A DNA stretch of 64,000 nucleotides from Chloroflexota bacterium. GTDB lineage: Bacteria > Chloroflexota > Anaerolineae > UBA1429. Position 1 is the stretch's first letter. Every line of letters starts with the position of its first letter. A program made the position numbers and the translations under genes. Below, in pieces: positions 45,475 to 54,018 of this stretch. The stretch lies in the NCBI GenBank assembly GCA_034722245.1, contig JAYENT010000026.1, positions 461 to 64,460 on the forward strand, read 5' to 3'. Under the pieces are notes generated by a model. The model made no database searches and was not told the origin of the DNA. It worked only from the letters and a program-made list of their open reading frames with translations.

Positions 45475-46839
45475 ATGGTTACCGTTGATCCCGCTTTGTA
45501 CGAACGCGAGGGCGAGACAGGGGTCCATCGTCGACAGATTGTCAGCATTCTGGAGGAGGCGTTGGATGCTGTTGATCCCGCCACGGCGGTGAAGCGGCAC
45601 CTTCGGCGCGAGAGAGACGCTCTTTTTATAGGCGACGTCCGGTATGATTTGGATGATTTCTCTGATATTTATGTGGTAGGCGCGGGCAAGGCGGGGGCTC
45701 CCATGGCACAGGCTGTCGAGGAGGTCCTCGGTGACCGCATCACGGCGGGATGCATGAACGTCAAGTATGGGTATGCTCTGCCCACGCAAAGGATCGAGTT
45801 GACCGAGGCCGCGCATCCTATTCCGGATCAGCAGGGCGTCGAGGGTACGCGTCGCATCGCGGAACTGCTGGACGAGGCCGAGTCCGATGATCTGGTGCTC
45901 TGTCTCATATCGGGTGGCGGATCGGCCCTCATGACCCTCCCCGTAGAGGGCGTCACCTTGGAGGACATGAAGGCCCTGACCGATGCGCTGCTCCGCGCGG
46001 GAGCGACGATCAACGAGATCAATGCCATCCGCAAGCACGTGGATCGCCTAAAGGGGGGAAAACTTGCGCGCCTGGCCAGCCCGGCGCGCGTGGCCTCCCT
46101 CATCCTCTCTGACGTGGTGGGCGATCCCCTGGACGTCATCGCCTCCGGCCCCACCGTTCCCGACACGAGCACCTTTGCCGAGGCCTACAGCCTGCTTGAA
46201 CGCTATGAGTTGCTGGATAGGGTACCTGCTTCGGTCGTGGAGCATCTGCGGCGCGGTAAGGAGGGGGAAATCGAGGAGACGCCCAAGCCGGGGGATGCCA
46301 TTTTCGCCGCGTCCCAGAACGTGGTGGTGGCGAGCAACGAGATCGCGGCCCGGGCGGCGGCCCACAAGGCTACGGATCTAGGCTTCAGCGCATTGCTCCT
46401 ATCCACCTTTGTGGAGGGGGAAGCGCGGGAGGTGGCCAAGGTTTTCGTGGCCCTGGCCAAAGAGATTCGCAACTCGGGCAATCCCGTGCCCTGTCCCGCC
46501 TGTATCGTTGCGGGGGGTGAGACCACGGTGACCCTGCGGGGGGACGGGGAGGGGGGACGCAATCAGGAGATGGCTCTGTCGGCGGCCATAGGGCTGGACG
46601 GAATGGACGATGTGGCCATCGTCTGCCTGGCCACTGATGGCACCGATGGCCCCACGGACGCCTCGGGCGCTCTGGCCGATGGTACGACGCTTCAGCGCGC
46701 GCGGGAGAGGGGACTTGACGCCTGGAGCTATCTGGAGAACAACGATTCCTATCGCTTTTTCGAGCCCCTGGACGATTTGCTGATGACGGGGCCCACAAAC
46801 ACGAACGTTAACGATCTGACCTTCGTTTTCGTGTGGTAG
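45475..46839 (+). CDS. Glycerate 2-kinase (MOFRL / GckA-TtuD family)
   Basis: IYVVGAGKAGAPMAQAVEEVLGDRITAGCMNVKYGY...LVLCLISGGGSALMTLPVEG...GGETTVTLRGDGEGGRNQE...LATDGTDGPTDASGA are hallmark blocks of the DUF4147/MOFRL glycerate kinase family. Confidence 0.8.
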   Translation: MVTVDPALYEREGETGVHRRQIVSILEEALDAVDPATAVKRHLRRERDALFIGDVRYDLDDFSDIYVVGAGKAGAPMAQAVEEVLGDRITAGCMNVKYGYALPTQRIELTEAAHPIPDQQGVEGTRRIAELLDEAESDDLVLCLISGGGSALMTLPVEGVTLEDMKALTDALLRAGATINEINAIRKHVDRLKGGKLARLASPARVASLILSDVVGDPLDVIASGPTVPDTSTFAEAYSLLERYELLDRVPASVVEHLRRGKEGEIEETPKPGDAIFAASQNVVVASNEIAARAAAHKATDLGFSALLLSTFVEGEAREVAKVFVALAKEIRNSGNPVPCPACIVAGGETTVTLRGDGEGGRNQEMALSAAIGLDGMDDVAIVCLATDGTDGPTDASGALADGTTLQRARERGLDAWSYLENNDSYRFFEPLDDLLMTGPTNTNVNDLTFVFVW

Positions 46840-46874
46840 GTACTCGCTGAGATAGTCGCTTTTTGGAGGAGACG

Positions 46875-48194
46875 CTACGGCGCTTGGAACGTGGCGTGTA
46901 GTTCGTCCTGTTTTGCCTGCAGCTCTGGTGCAGCGTCCAGATCCTCGACGATGATCCGCTCGACGGTCGCCAGCAACTCTGCTCCCACCTTTTGCAGCGC
47001 AACGGAGCTTTCGGCGGGCAGCAAAAGCACGTTCTCAGAGAAAGTTCTGGCCACCTCGGCCACCGCTTCTCCGACCTGCTGCTCGTAGGTCTTTGCGTTC
47101 ACCAGGCTCTTGCGAGGTGGCAGCTTTTGCCCCGAGGCCTCTTGGTGATCTGAGAGGAATCGTAACAGCTTCAGGGCTTCCGTGGGGTGCTCACATTCGT
47201 TGGTGATGTAGTAGCCCTCCATGTCTCCGAGGCCAAAAGTGGCCCGATCCCTTGGCAGCGGAAGCATTTTCCATTCGCTGCTCCATTCGAAGGGCATGTC
47301 CTTTCCCCCACGGCTACTGTACCAGCCCAGCCACACCCCACAGGCGCCCCGAATGGCTGCCTCCATGACGCCGCCCCGCCGAAACGTTGTGCGAATAACC
47401 TCTGGATCGGGCGCCACTTGGTAGACATTGTACAAATCGGCGTACCATTGCACCGCCTCAATGGTCCGGGGGTCGTCCAGGGTCACCTGCGAGGGGGCGT
47501 TTAGATCGTCCACGATCTTGCCCCCATGCAGATAGATGAAGACGACGGGGTCGACGCTTTCGGGCGCGGTGCAATAGCCAAAGAGCCTGGAGCCCGCTGC
47601 ATAGGGCAGCCCCTGAGGATAGTCCATCTTGGTGGTGAGTTCCAGGAAATCGGAGAGGTCCCATTCGGCACCGGGAAGGTCCACGTGGAGGGCCTTGGCC
47701 TGGTCCACGTTGATATAGACCACCATCATGTCCAGGCCAGCGGGTATCCCCCATTGCTGGCCCGCTATCTGCAGCCCTTCCCATGCGCCTTTGTAATAGT
47801 CGTTGCGGATGCCCGCCCATTCCCCCAACTGGATATCGTCTAGGGGTTTCAGAAGTCCCTCTTGTGCGTAGCCAAGAGCCTGACGCCCCTCGATAAAGAT
47901 GTCCAACTGCCCCGTGTGAAGCAAGGCATCCAGCTCATTCCCGAAGCGCTGCACCTCGCGCGCCTCCACGGTTATCCAGGGGTGCTGCTCATGGAAGGCG
48001 GAGAACAGGGGTTGCAGCTGCCTTGTGTGTTCTCGGTAGGCGATACGAAGCGTCACAGGTTCGGGCGTGGGTGCCATGGCCATCTTGGGCGCACATCCCC
48101 CCCAGAAGAGCAGGAACAGGAGAGAGGGGATGCACATCAGGATGTGCGCGAATCTCCCTCTTATCAGGTGCTGGGATGGGCGCTCTTTCCCCAC
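46875..48194 (-). CDS. ABC transporter extracellular solute-binding lipoprotein (family 1, sugar-type)
   Basis: N-terminal signal with lipobox LLFLLFWGGC; length and sequence features of SBP_bac_1 proteins; true start may be the internal ATG near 48137. Confidence 0.7.
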   Translation of the reverse strand: MGKERPSQHLIRGRFAHILMCIPSLLFLLFWGGCAPKMAMAPTPEPVTLRIAYREHTRQLQPLFSAFHEQHPWITVEAREVQRFGNELDALLHTGQLDIFIEGRQALGYAQEGLLKPLDDIQLGEWAGIRNDYYKGAWEGLQIAGQQWGIPAGLDMMVVYINVDQAKALHVDLPGAEWDLSDFLELTTKMDYPQGLPYAAGSRLFGYCTAPESVDPVVFIYLHGGKIVDDLNAPSQVTLDDPRTIEAVQWYADLYNVYQVAPDPEVIRTTFRRGGVMEAAIRGACGVWLGWYSSRGGKDMPFEWSSEWKMLPLPRDRATFGLGDMEGYYITNECEHPTEALKLLRFLSDHQEASGQKLPPRKSLVNAKTYEQQVGEAVAEVARTFSENVLLLPAESSVALQKVGAELLATVERIIVEDLDAAPELQAKQDELHATFQAP

Positions 48195-48313
48195 GGGGTG
48201 CTCTCCTCAGGCGTCTTCTGTCACCGTGTCATTAGTGCTTACAACCTTTGCTTTGGCATAATAGTCCTGTGCACAGGAAGCGTCAAACGCGCAATCGATT
48301 TTTCCTCACTCGG

Positions 48314-48342
48314 TTGACATGCCCTTTCGTTCGCGCTATGCT
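48314..48342 (+). promoter_or_regulatory. Sigma70-like promoter (-35 TTGACA, 17 nt, -10 TATGCT) for the enolase-superfamily gene
   Basis: TTGACA 48314-48319 and TATGCT 48337-48342 in the divergent intergenic region between the SBP gene and the 48394 gene. Confidence 0.45.
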
Positions 48343-48393
48343 AGTGTTTGCTAACAGGGTTGATCTTTTCTGCAAACAGTGAAGAGGAGAGAC

Positions 48394-49551
48394 ATGGCGG
48401 ATAAACCGATAATCACCAGCATCGAGGTCACGGAATTCGAATACACGCTGCACGAACTGGGGACGGACTATAACGGGTTCAACCTGGTCTATGAGCCTGG
48501 CAGCACCATCACCCGCCAGAGCGCCGTGCTGCAGATCCATACCGACCTGGGCATCACCGGCGAGTACGTTACAGGGATGAGCCAGCTCTCCACCCTCCCT
48601 GGCCTGGCCCAATATCTGATCGGCAAGAACGCCTTGGAGCGCGAGCGTATCTACCAGGACATAAAGCGGGCCATGCGACAGATGGCGCGCATCGGTGTGT
48701 CAGTCATCGATGTGTGCCTGTGGGATATTGCGGGCAAATACTATGAGGCGCCCATCTGGGAGCTTTTGGGCGGCCACATTCGACCGCTCAAGTGCTACGC
48801 CAGCACGACCCACGGCGATCATAATGGAGGACTCGACTCGCCCGAGGCCTATGCGGATTTTGCCGAGCGGTGCCTGGATATTGGCTACCCGGCTTTCAAG
48901 ATTCACGGGTGGGGGCAGTCGCTCGTCGATCTGGAGGTCGCCAACATCCATGCCGTGGGCCAGCGGGTGGGCGATGAGATGGATCTCATGTTGGATCCTG
49001 CCTGTGAGTTAGATACGTTTGGTGATACCATAAAAGTGGGCAGGGCCTGCGACGAGGAGAATTTCTACTGGCTCGAGGATCCCTACAAAGATGGTGGCAT
49101 CTCCCAGTTTGCGCATCGCAAGCTACGCCAGCTTATCAGCACGCCGCTGCTGCAGACGGAGCATGTGCGCACCCTGGAGCCCCATGTGGACTTTGCCCTG
49201 GCCGACGCCACCGACTTTTTACGAGGCGACGTGGGCTATGATGGGATCACGGGCGTGATGAAGCTGGCCCATGCCGCCGAGGGCCTGGGAATCGATGTGG
49301 AGATGCACGGCCCAGGGCCGGCGCAGCGACACGTCATGACCAGTATCCGAAACACCAACTACTATGAGATGGGCCTGGTCAATCCGAGAAGCCCGGGGAC
49401 GGCATCGCCCGTTTACGTGGACTATCAGGACGGGCTTGAGGCCGTAGACGAGAAGGGCTGTGTCTATGCGCCGGAAGGCCCTGGGCTGGGCGTGACACTG
49501 AACTGGGATTACATCGAATCCCATCGCGTGGACGGCACTACGTTCGACTAG
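48394..49551 (+). CDS. Enolase-superfamily enzyme (mandelate racemase/muconate lactonizing enzyme family; acid-sugar dehydratase-like)
   Basis: N-terminal capping domain plus barrel with metal-ligand-like acidic positions (...MLDPACE..., WLEDP...); about 385 aa as typical for the MR family; start ATG 48394 or GTG 48379. Confidence 0.7.
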   Translation: MADKPIITSIEVTEFEYTLHELGTDYNGFNLVYEPGSTITRQSAVLQIHTDLGITGEYVTGMSQLSTLPGLAQYLIGKNALERERIYQDIKRAMRQMARIGVSVIDVCLWDIAGKYYEAPIWELLGGHIRPLKCYASTTHGDHNGGLDSPEAYADFAERCLDIGYPAFKIHGWGQSLVDLEVANIHAVGQRVGDEMDLMLDPACELDTFGDTIKVGRACDEENFYWLEDPYKDGGISQFAHRKLRQLISTPLLQTEHVRTLEPHVDFALADATDFLRGDVGYDGITGVMKLAHAAEGLGIDVEMHGPGPAQRHVMTSIRNTNYYEMGLVNPRSPGTASPVYVDYQDGLEAVDEKGCVYAPEGPGLGVTLNWDYIESHRVDGTTFD

Positions 49552-49562
49552 TAACTTTTATT

Positions 49563-50573
49563 ATGGAAGGTAGTATGGAAAAGAGAACGCTGGGAGATTC
49601 TGACTTTGAAGTGAGCGTCTTTGGGTTGGGATGCTGGCCCTTGGGAGGGGGCTCTGGCTGGGGAGACCAGGACGAAAAGGAGTCCATCGCCACAGTCCAC
49701 GCGGCTCTTGATCACGGTATGACCCTGTTTGACACCGCTGAGGCCTACAACGCTGGGCGCAGCGAGGAGGTGCTGGGCAAGGCGCTGGAGGGCCGGCGGG
49801 ATGAGGCCCTTATCGCCACCAAGATATCGCCCTCCAATGCGGAACCAGACACCCTTCGGGCTCACTGCGAGGCCAGTCTGGAACGGCTGCGAACCGACTA
49901 CATCGATCTCTATCAGGTACATTGGCCCATCACCGAATACCCGGTGGAGGATGCCTATGCCACCCTTGAGGATCTGCAGAAGGAGGGCAAGATACGCGGC
50001 ATCGGCGTCAGCAATCACGGCGTGAAGCAACTTGGGGAGGTGTTTGACACGGGCGTGCCCATCGTCAGCAATCAGCTATCCTACAGTTTGCTGAGTCGCG
50101 CCATTGAGACAGGGATCGCGCCCTTGTGCCGGGAGCAGGGTATCGGGATCATCGCTTACATGGCTCTCATGCAGGGTTTGCTGGCGGGTGTATGGGATTC
50201 GCCGGACGAGGTGCCGCCCTTCCGCGCGCGCACGCGCCATTTCAGTGGGGATCGCCCACAAGCGCGGCATGGCGAGGAAGGGGCGGAGGAAGAGATGTTC
50301 GCCGCCTTGGGGCGGATCGAGGAGATCGCCGGTGATTTGGGGGTTCCCATGGCCCACGTCGCCTTGGCCTGGGTTGCTGCAAAGCCTGGTGTGTCCTGCG
50401 TGCTCGTTGGAGGCCGCAAGGTACATCAGTTGGAGCGGAATCTGGGCGCGGCCGAGCTGGAACTGCCCCCTGACGTGATCGCCGCGTTGGATGAGGCCAC
50501 CGAGAAATTGCGCCTCAAGCTAGGACCCAACGCTGACTATTTCCAGGGTAGTGGAGAGGGCAGAATCGAATAG
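49563..50573 (+). CDS. Aldo/keto reductase
   Basis: LGDSDFEVSVFGLGCWPLGG...DHGMTLFDTAEAYNAGRSEEVLGKAL...IDLYQVHWP...IGVSNH canonical AKR blocks (catalytic D/Y/K/H). Confidence 0.85.
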   Translation: MEGSMEKRTLGDSDFEVSVFGLGCWPLGGGSGWGDQDEKESIATVHAALDHGMTLFDTAEAYNAGRSEEVLGKALEGRRDEALIATKISPSNAEPDTLRAHCEASLERLRTDYIDLYQVHWPITEYPVEDAYATLEDLQKEGKIRGIGVSNHGVKQLGEVFDTGVPIVSNQLSYSLLSRAIETGIAPLCREQGIGIIAYMALMQGLLAGVWDSPDEVPPFRARTRHFSGDRPQARHGEEGAEEEMFAALGRIEEIAGDLGVPMAHVALAWVAAKPGVSCVLVGGRKVHQLERNLGAAELELPPDVIAALDEATEKLRLKLGPNADYFQGSGEGRIE

Positions 50574-50712
50574 GGTGAGACCGTAGAGAGATTGTAGATC
50601 GCAGAGTTGCATCCCCTCTTCGGAGGGGACGGGGATTGAAACACGAACAGGGAAACGTGCACCAGCGACGTCGGAGAGTGTGCACACGTGATGCTTGCTT
50701 TTATGAACTTCC

Positions 50713-51456
50713 TTACTGGATCAGGTCCTCCAGCCGGTGTCTTGTGAGCTTCAATGCGGCCCAGTATAGGACTGAGGCAAAGAGGGCGCTGGCGCCCAGA
50801 TTCAACGTTAGGGGATAGTAGGCCTCCCCTTTGGCTATCAGGAGATACCGTAAGGCATCCACCATATAGGTAAGGGGGAGGAAGCTGGCCACGATGCGCA
50901 GGACGGCGGGCAGACGGGAGAGGGGGACAAAGACGCCACACAAAAAGACCATGGGGAAGCGAAAGTAGTTGGACATGGTCATGGCATCGAATACCTCACG
51001 CATCAGGAGGCTGATGACCACGCCCAGCAGGGAGAATGTTATGCTGCCCAGGAGGATGGTGACAAAGGCGCCCAACCAGGCGAAGCGCAGGCCCCAGGCC
51101 GCGCTACCGAGCAACCATACCAGGCAACCCGAGGCCAGTCCGAACAGGGCGCCACTGACCATCTTGCTCAGGACTAGCGTGAAAGGTGCTATGGGAGCCA
51201 TCAGCAGACGTTCCATGGCCCCGATGCGTTTCTCAAAGGTGATTACCACCGCCTCCAAGGAGGTTGCGCCAAAGAGGACGGTCATGCCGATCAAACCAGG
51301 GACTACAGACCGAATGTCGCCTGGATTCCGAATATAGAATGCCAGGATCATCACCAGGGGCAATATGATGCCCCAACTGATGAGCGGGGGCTTCATATAA
51401 TACGTACGCATATCTTTCCGCGTAATGTACCAAGCGCGTTTGAGTTGCACTTTCAT
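50713..51456 (-). CDS. ABC-2 type transporter permease
   Basis: 6-TM protein about 247 aa starting MKVQLKRAWYITRKDMRTYYMKPPLISWGIILPLV, typical ABC-2 family exporter permease. Confidence 0.75.
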   Translation of the reverse strand: MKVQLKRAWYITRKDMRTYYMKPPLISWGIILPLVMILAFYIRNPGDIRSVVPGLIGMTVLFGATSLEAVVITFEKRIGAMERLLMAPIAPFTLVLSKMVSGALFGLASGCLVWLLGSAAWGLRFAWLGAFVTILLGSITFSLLGVVISLLMREVFDAMTMSNYFRFPMVFLCGVFVPLSRLPAVLRIVASFLPLTYMVDALRYLLIAKGEAYYPLTLNLGASALFASVLYWAALKLTRHRLEDLIQ

Positions 51457-51459
51457 CGC

Positions 51460-52181
51460 TATTCTTCTCCCTTATTGCTGGAAGACTTTTCCCGTTCCAA
51501 CGTTTCCACGTCCATGCCGGTCAGTTTTACAAAAGCATCCTCCAGGGATACGTCCACCGTTTGAATCTCCTCGATGGGGGCATGATGTTGGTGCATGATG
51601 GTGCAGATCTCTCGCGCAAATCCTCATCCAGCGAATGCACGCCAAGGCGCAGGGAGTTCGTTCTCGAAGAGATGATAGTGATCTTTTCGGACGTCTCCAG
51701 ATCGCGGAGAAGCGCCTCGCTGGGGGACGGCGTCACCACCTCCACGCGCAGATTGTCGTCCTGATACCGTCTCCGCAGCGCAGAGGGGGTATCCACGATG
51801 ACCAGTTTGCCCTCCATGATGATGCCCACACGGTCGCATAAACGCTCTGCCTCGGCGATCAGATGTGTCGTGAGAAAGATAGTCACGCCCTCTGCGTGGA
51901 GATCCTGTATCATGCTGCGCAGGCTTCTGGCGCTTTGCACGTCCAAGCCCGTGGTGGGCTCATCCAAAAAGAGTATCTTGGGGCGGTGCACCAGGGCCGC
52001 GGCTATGGTGAGGCGGCGTTTCATGCCCCGGGAGAGGGCCCTGAAAGGCGTCTCGGCCCGCTCGGAGAGCCCGACCTGCTTCAGGAGTTCGTTCGCCCGA
52101 TTCCACCGTCAGGTTCAGATTATCGACGGAGCACAGCCCGTCATAATAACGGGTCAGTCCGTCAGTTTCTATGGATGCCAT
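51460..52181 (-). pseudogene. ABC transporter ATP-binding protein gene, disrupted (internal deletion removing Walker A region plus a frameshift near the 3' end)
   Basis: Three reading frames carry pieces: N-terminus MASIETDGLTRYYDGLCSVDNLNLTVESGE (51960-52181 frame); then directly ELLKQVGLSERA...LSRGMKRRLTIAAALVHRPKILFLDEPTTGLD (signature and Walker B) in the 51527-52024 frame, with no GxxGxGKT in between; C-terminal ...APIEEIQTVDVSLEDAFVKLTGMDVETLEREKSSSNKGEE* in a third frame ending 2 nt before the permease ATG. Confidence 0.55.
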
Positions 52182-52212
52182 TTGCCTCTGTCTGTATCTT
52201 CTATTGTATTGT

Positions 52213-54018
52213 CTAGCCAGCGTCTCCCTTGGCCCACTGTCGCTGGTAGAGGCGCCGATAGGTGGGATTGCTCTCCATCAGCTCGCCGTGGGATCCCTGG
52301 CCGACGATGCGGCCATCTTCGATGACGATGATGCGGTCGGCCTTGCGCAGGGTGGAGAAGCGGTGGGCGATGATGATGGTGGTGCGATCCTCCCGGATGG
52401 CGTCCATGGCCTGTTGGATCAAGGATTCGGTGTATGGGTCCACGTCGGCCGTGGCCTCGTCCAGGATAAGTATCTTGGGGTCGGCCAGCAGAGCGCGGGC
52501 AAAGGCCACGAGTTGCCGTTGTCCGCCCGATAGGAGCACGCCGCTCTCTCCCACCTGGGTATCGTATCCCTGAGGCAATCCCTGGATGAACTGGTGCGCC
52601 TGGGCCCGCCTGGCCGCTTCCTCGACCTCCTCATCCGTGGCCTGAGGGTCGCCGTAGCGGATATTCTCCAGGATGCTGTCGGCAAAGAGGAATACGTCCT
52701 GTGGCACCAGCATGACCAGACGGCGCAGATCCTCGAAGGCGATGCGCTGTACGTTTATGTCGTCGATGCTCACGATGCCCTCTTGTGTATCATAGAGTCG
52801 GGCCAGCAGGCGCGCCATGGTGCTCTTGCCCGCACCAGTGGGGCCCACCAAGGCGATGGTCTCTCCGGGACGCACGTGCAGGTTCACATCATGGAGCACG
52901 GTCTCCTCGTCGTAGCCAAAGGTGACGTTGGAGAAGGTGATGGCTCCCTCGAACCCGTCTTCCGGTGTTTGGGGCTCGTCGGGAGGCTCCACCTGTAGTG
53001 GTTCATTCATATACTCGCTGATGCGGTCCAGCGAGGCGGCCGCCGACTGGAAGGTGTTGTAGACCAGGCTCAGCTCCCGGAGGGGGCCGAAGAGGCGGTT
53101 TACATAACCCATAAAGGCCAGGAGCACACCGATGGTGAGGGCGCCTCGAGCCACCAGGGTGCCGCCGTAGCCCAGGACCAGGGCTGTGCCCAGCATATTG
53201 GTGATGGTCATGGCGGGAAACACGGCGGCGAATAGGAGGCTCACGCGGAGGTTAGCCTGGAGGTTGCGCAGGCTCAGGTTCTCGAACTGCTGCACGGTAA
53301 AGGACTCTTGGGAGAGGGACTGCACCACGCGCATGCCAGATACGCCCTGCTCCACGCCGGCGTTGACGGCGGCCAGCTCCTGCTGTACATGGCGGTAGGC
53401 CACCCGCATGCGCTTGCCAAGGTAGCCCATGCTGAGGATGACCACGGGAATGGAGATCATGGCCACCAGGCTGAGGCGCACGTTGAGAAGGAGCATGATG
53501 ATCACTATGCCGCCCAGGCTCAGCAGATCGCTGAACAGGTTGATGAGGCTGCTGGATACCATGTCCGACAGGGTGTTGACGTCGTTGGTGAGGCGGGAAG
53601 CGATCTGTCCCACGCGTTCCTTCTCGTGAAAGGCCATGGACTGCTGCAACACCCGATGCAGCAGATCCCGTCGGATGGCATAGATAACGTGTTCCCCGAC
53701 CCAGGTCGACAGATATCCCTGGGCATATCGTGCCGCCCAAAAGAGGCCGTTGACGCCCAGGTAAAGGAGGCAGATAAGGCTCAAGCCCCTAAAATCGCCC
53801 TGTGCAACGTAATTGTCGATGGCCACCTTGCTCAGGTAGGGCATCAGGAGCACGGACGCCGTCACCAGCAGCATGGCCCCCATGGCCAGGAGCAGGCGCC
53901 CCAGATGGGGCCGCAGATACCGCGCCAGCATGTGTACTGCCTGGCGATCCAGATGACGAAGACTGGCGGTCTCCTCCTCGCCTTGTAAACGTCCCATAAA
54001 TCCGCCGCGAATGGCCAT
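52213..54018 (-). CDS. ABC exporter, fused permease/ATPase (MsbA-like), second subunit of a heterodimeric pair
   Basis: Start ATG at 54018 overlapping the upstream stop (TAATG); 6-TM domain then Walker A GPTGAGKST, LSGGQRQ signature, ILILDEAT Walker B; the 146-codon upstream in-frame extension in the ORF track is not considered real. Confidence 0.8.
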   Translation of the reverse strand: MAIRGGFMGRLQGEEETASLRHLDRQAVHMLARYLRPHLGRLLLAMGAMLLVTASVLLMPYLSKVAIDNYVAQGDFRGLSLICLLYLGVNGLFWAARYAQGYLSTWVGEHVIYAIRRDLLHRVLQQSMAFHEKERVGQIASRLTNDVNTLSDMVSSSLINLFSDLLSLGGIVIIMLLLNVRLSLVAMISIPVVILSMGYLGKRMRVAYRHVQQELAAVNAGVEQGVSGMRVVQSLSQESFTVQQFENLSLRNLQANLRVSLLFAAVFPAMTITNMLGTALVLGYGGTLVARGALTIGVLLAFMGYVNRLFGPLRELSLVYNTFQSAAASLDRISEYMNEPLQVEPPDEPQTPEDGFEGAITFSNVTFGYDEETVLHDVNLHVRPGETIALVGPTGAGKSTMARLLARLYDTQEGIVSIDDINVQRIAFEDLRRLVMLVPQDVFLFADSILENIRYGDPQATDEEVEEAARRAQAHQFIQGLPQGYDTQVGESGVLLSGGQRQLVAFARALLADPKILILDEATADVDPYTESLIQQAMDAIREDRTTIIIAHRFSTLRKADRIIVIEDGRIVGQGSHGELMESNPTYRRLYQRQWAKGDAG

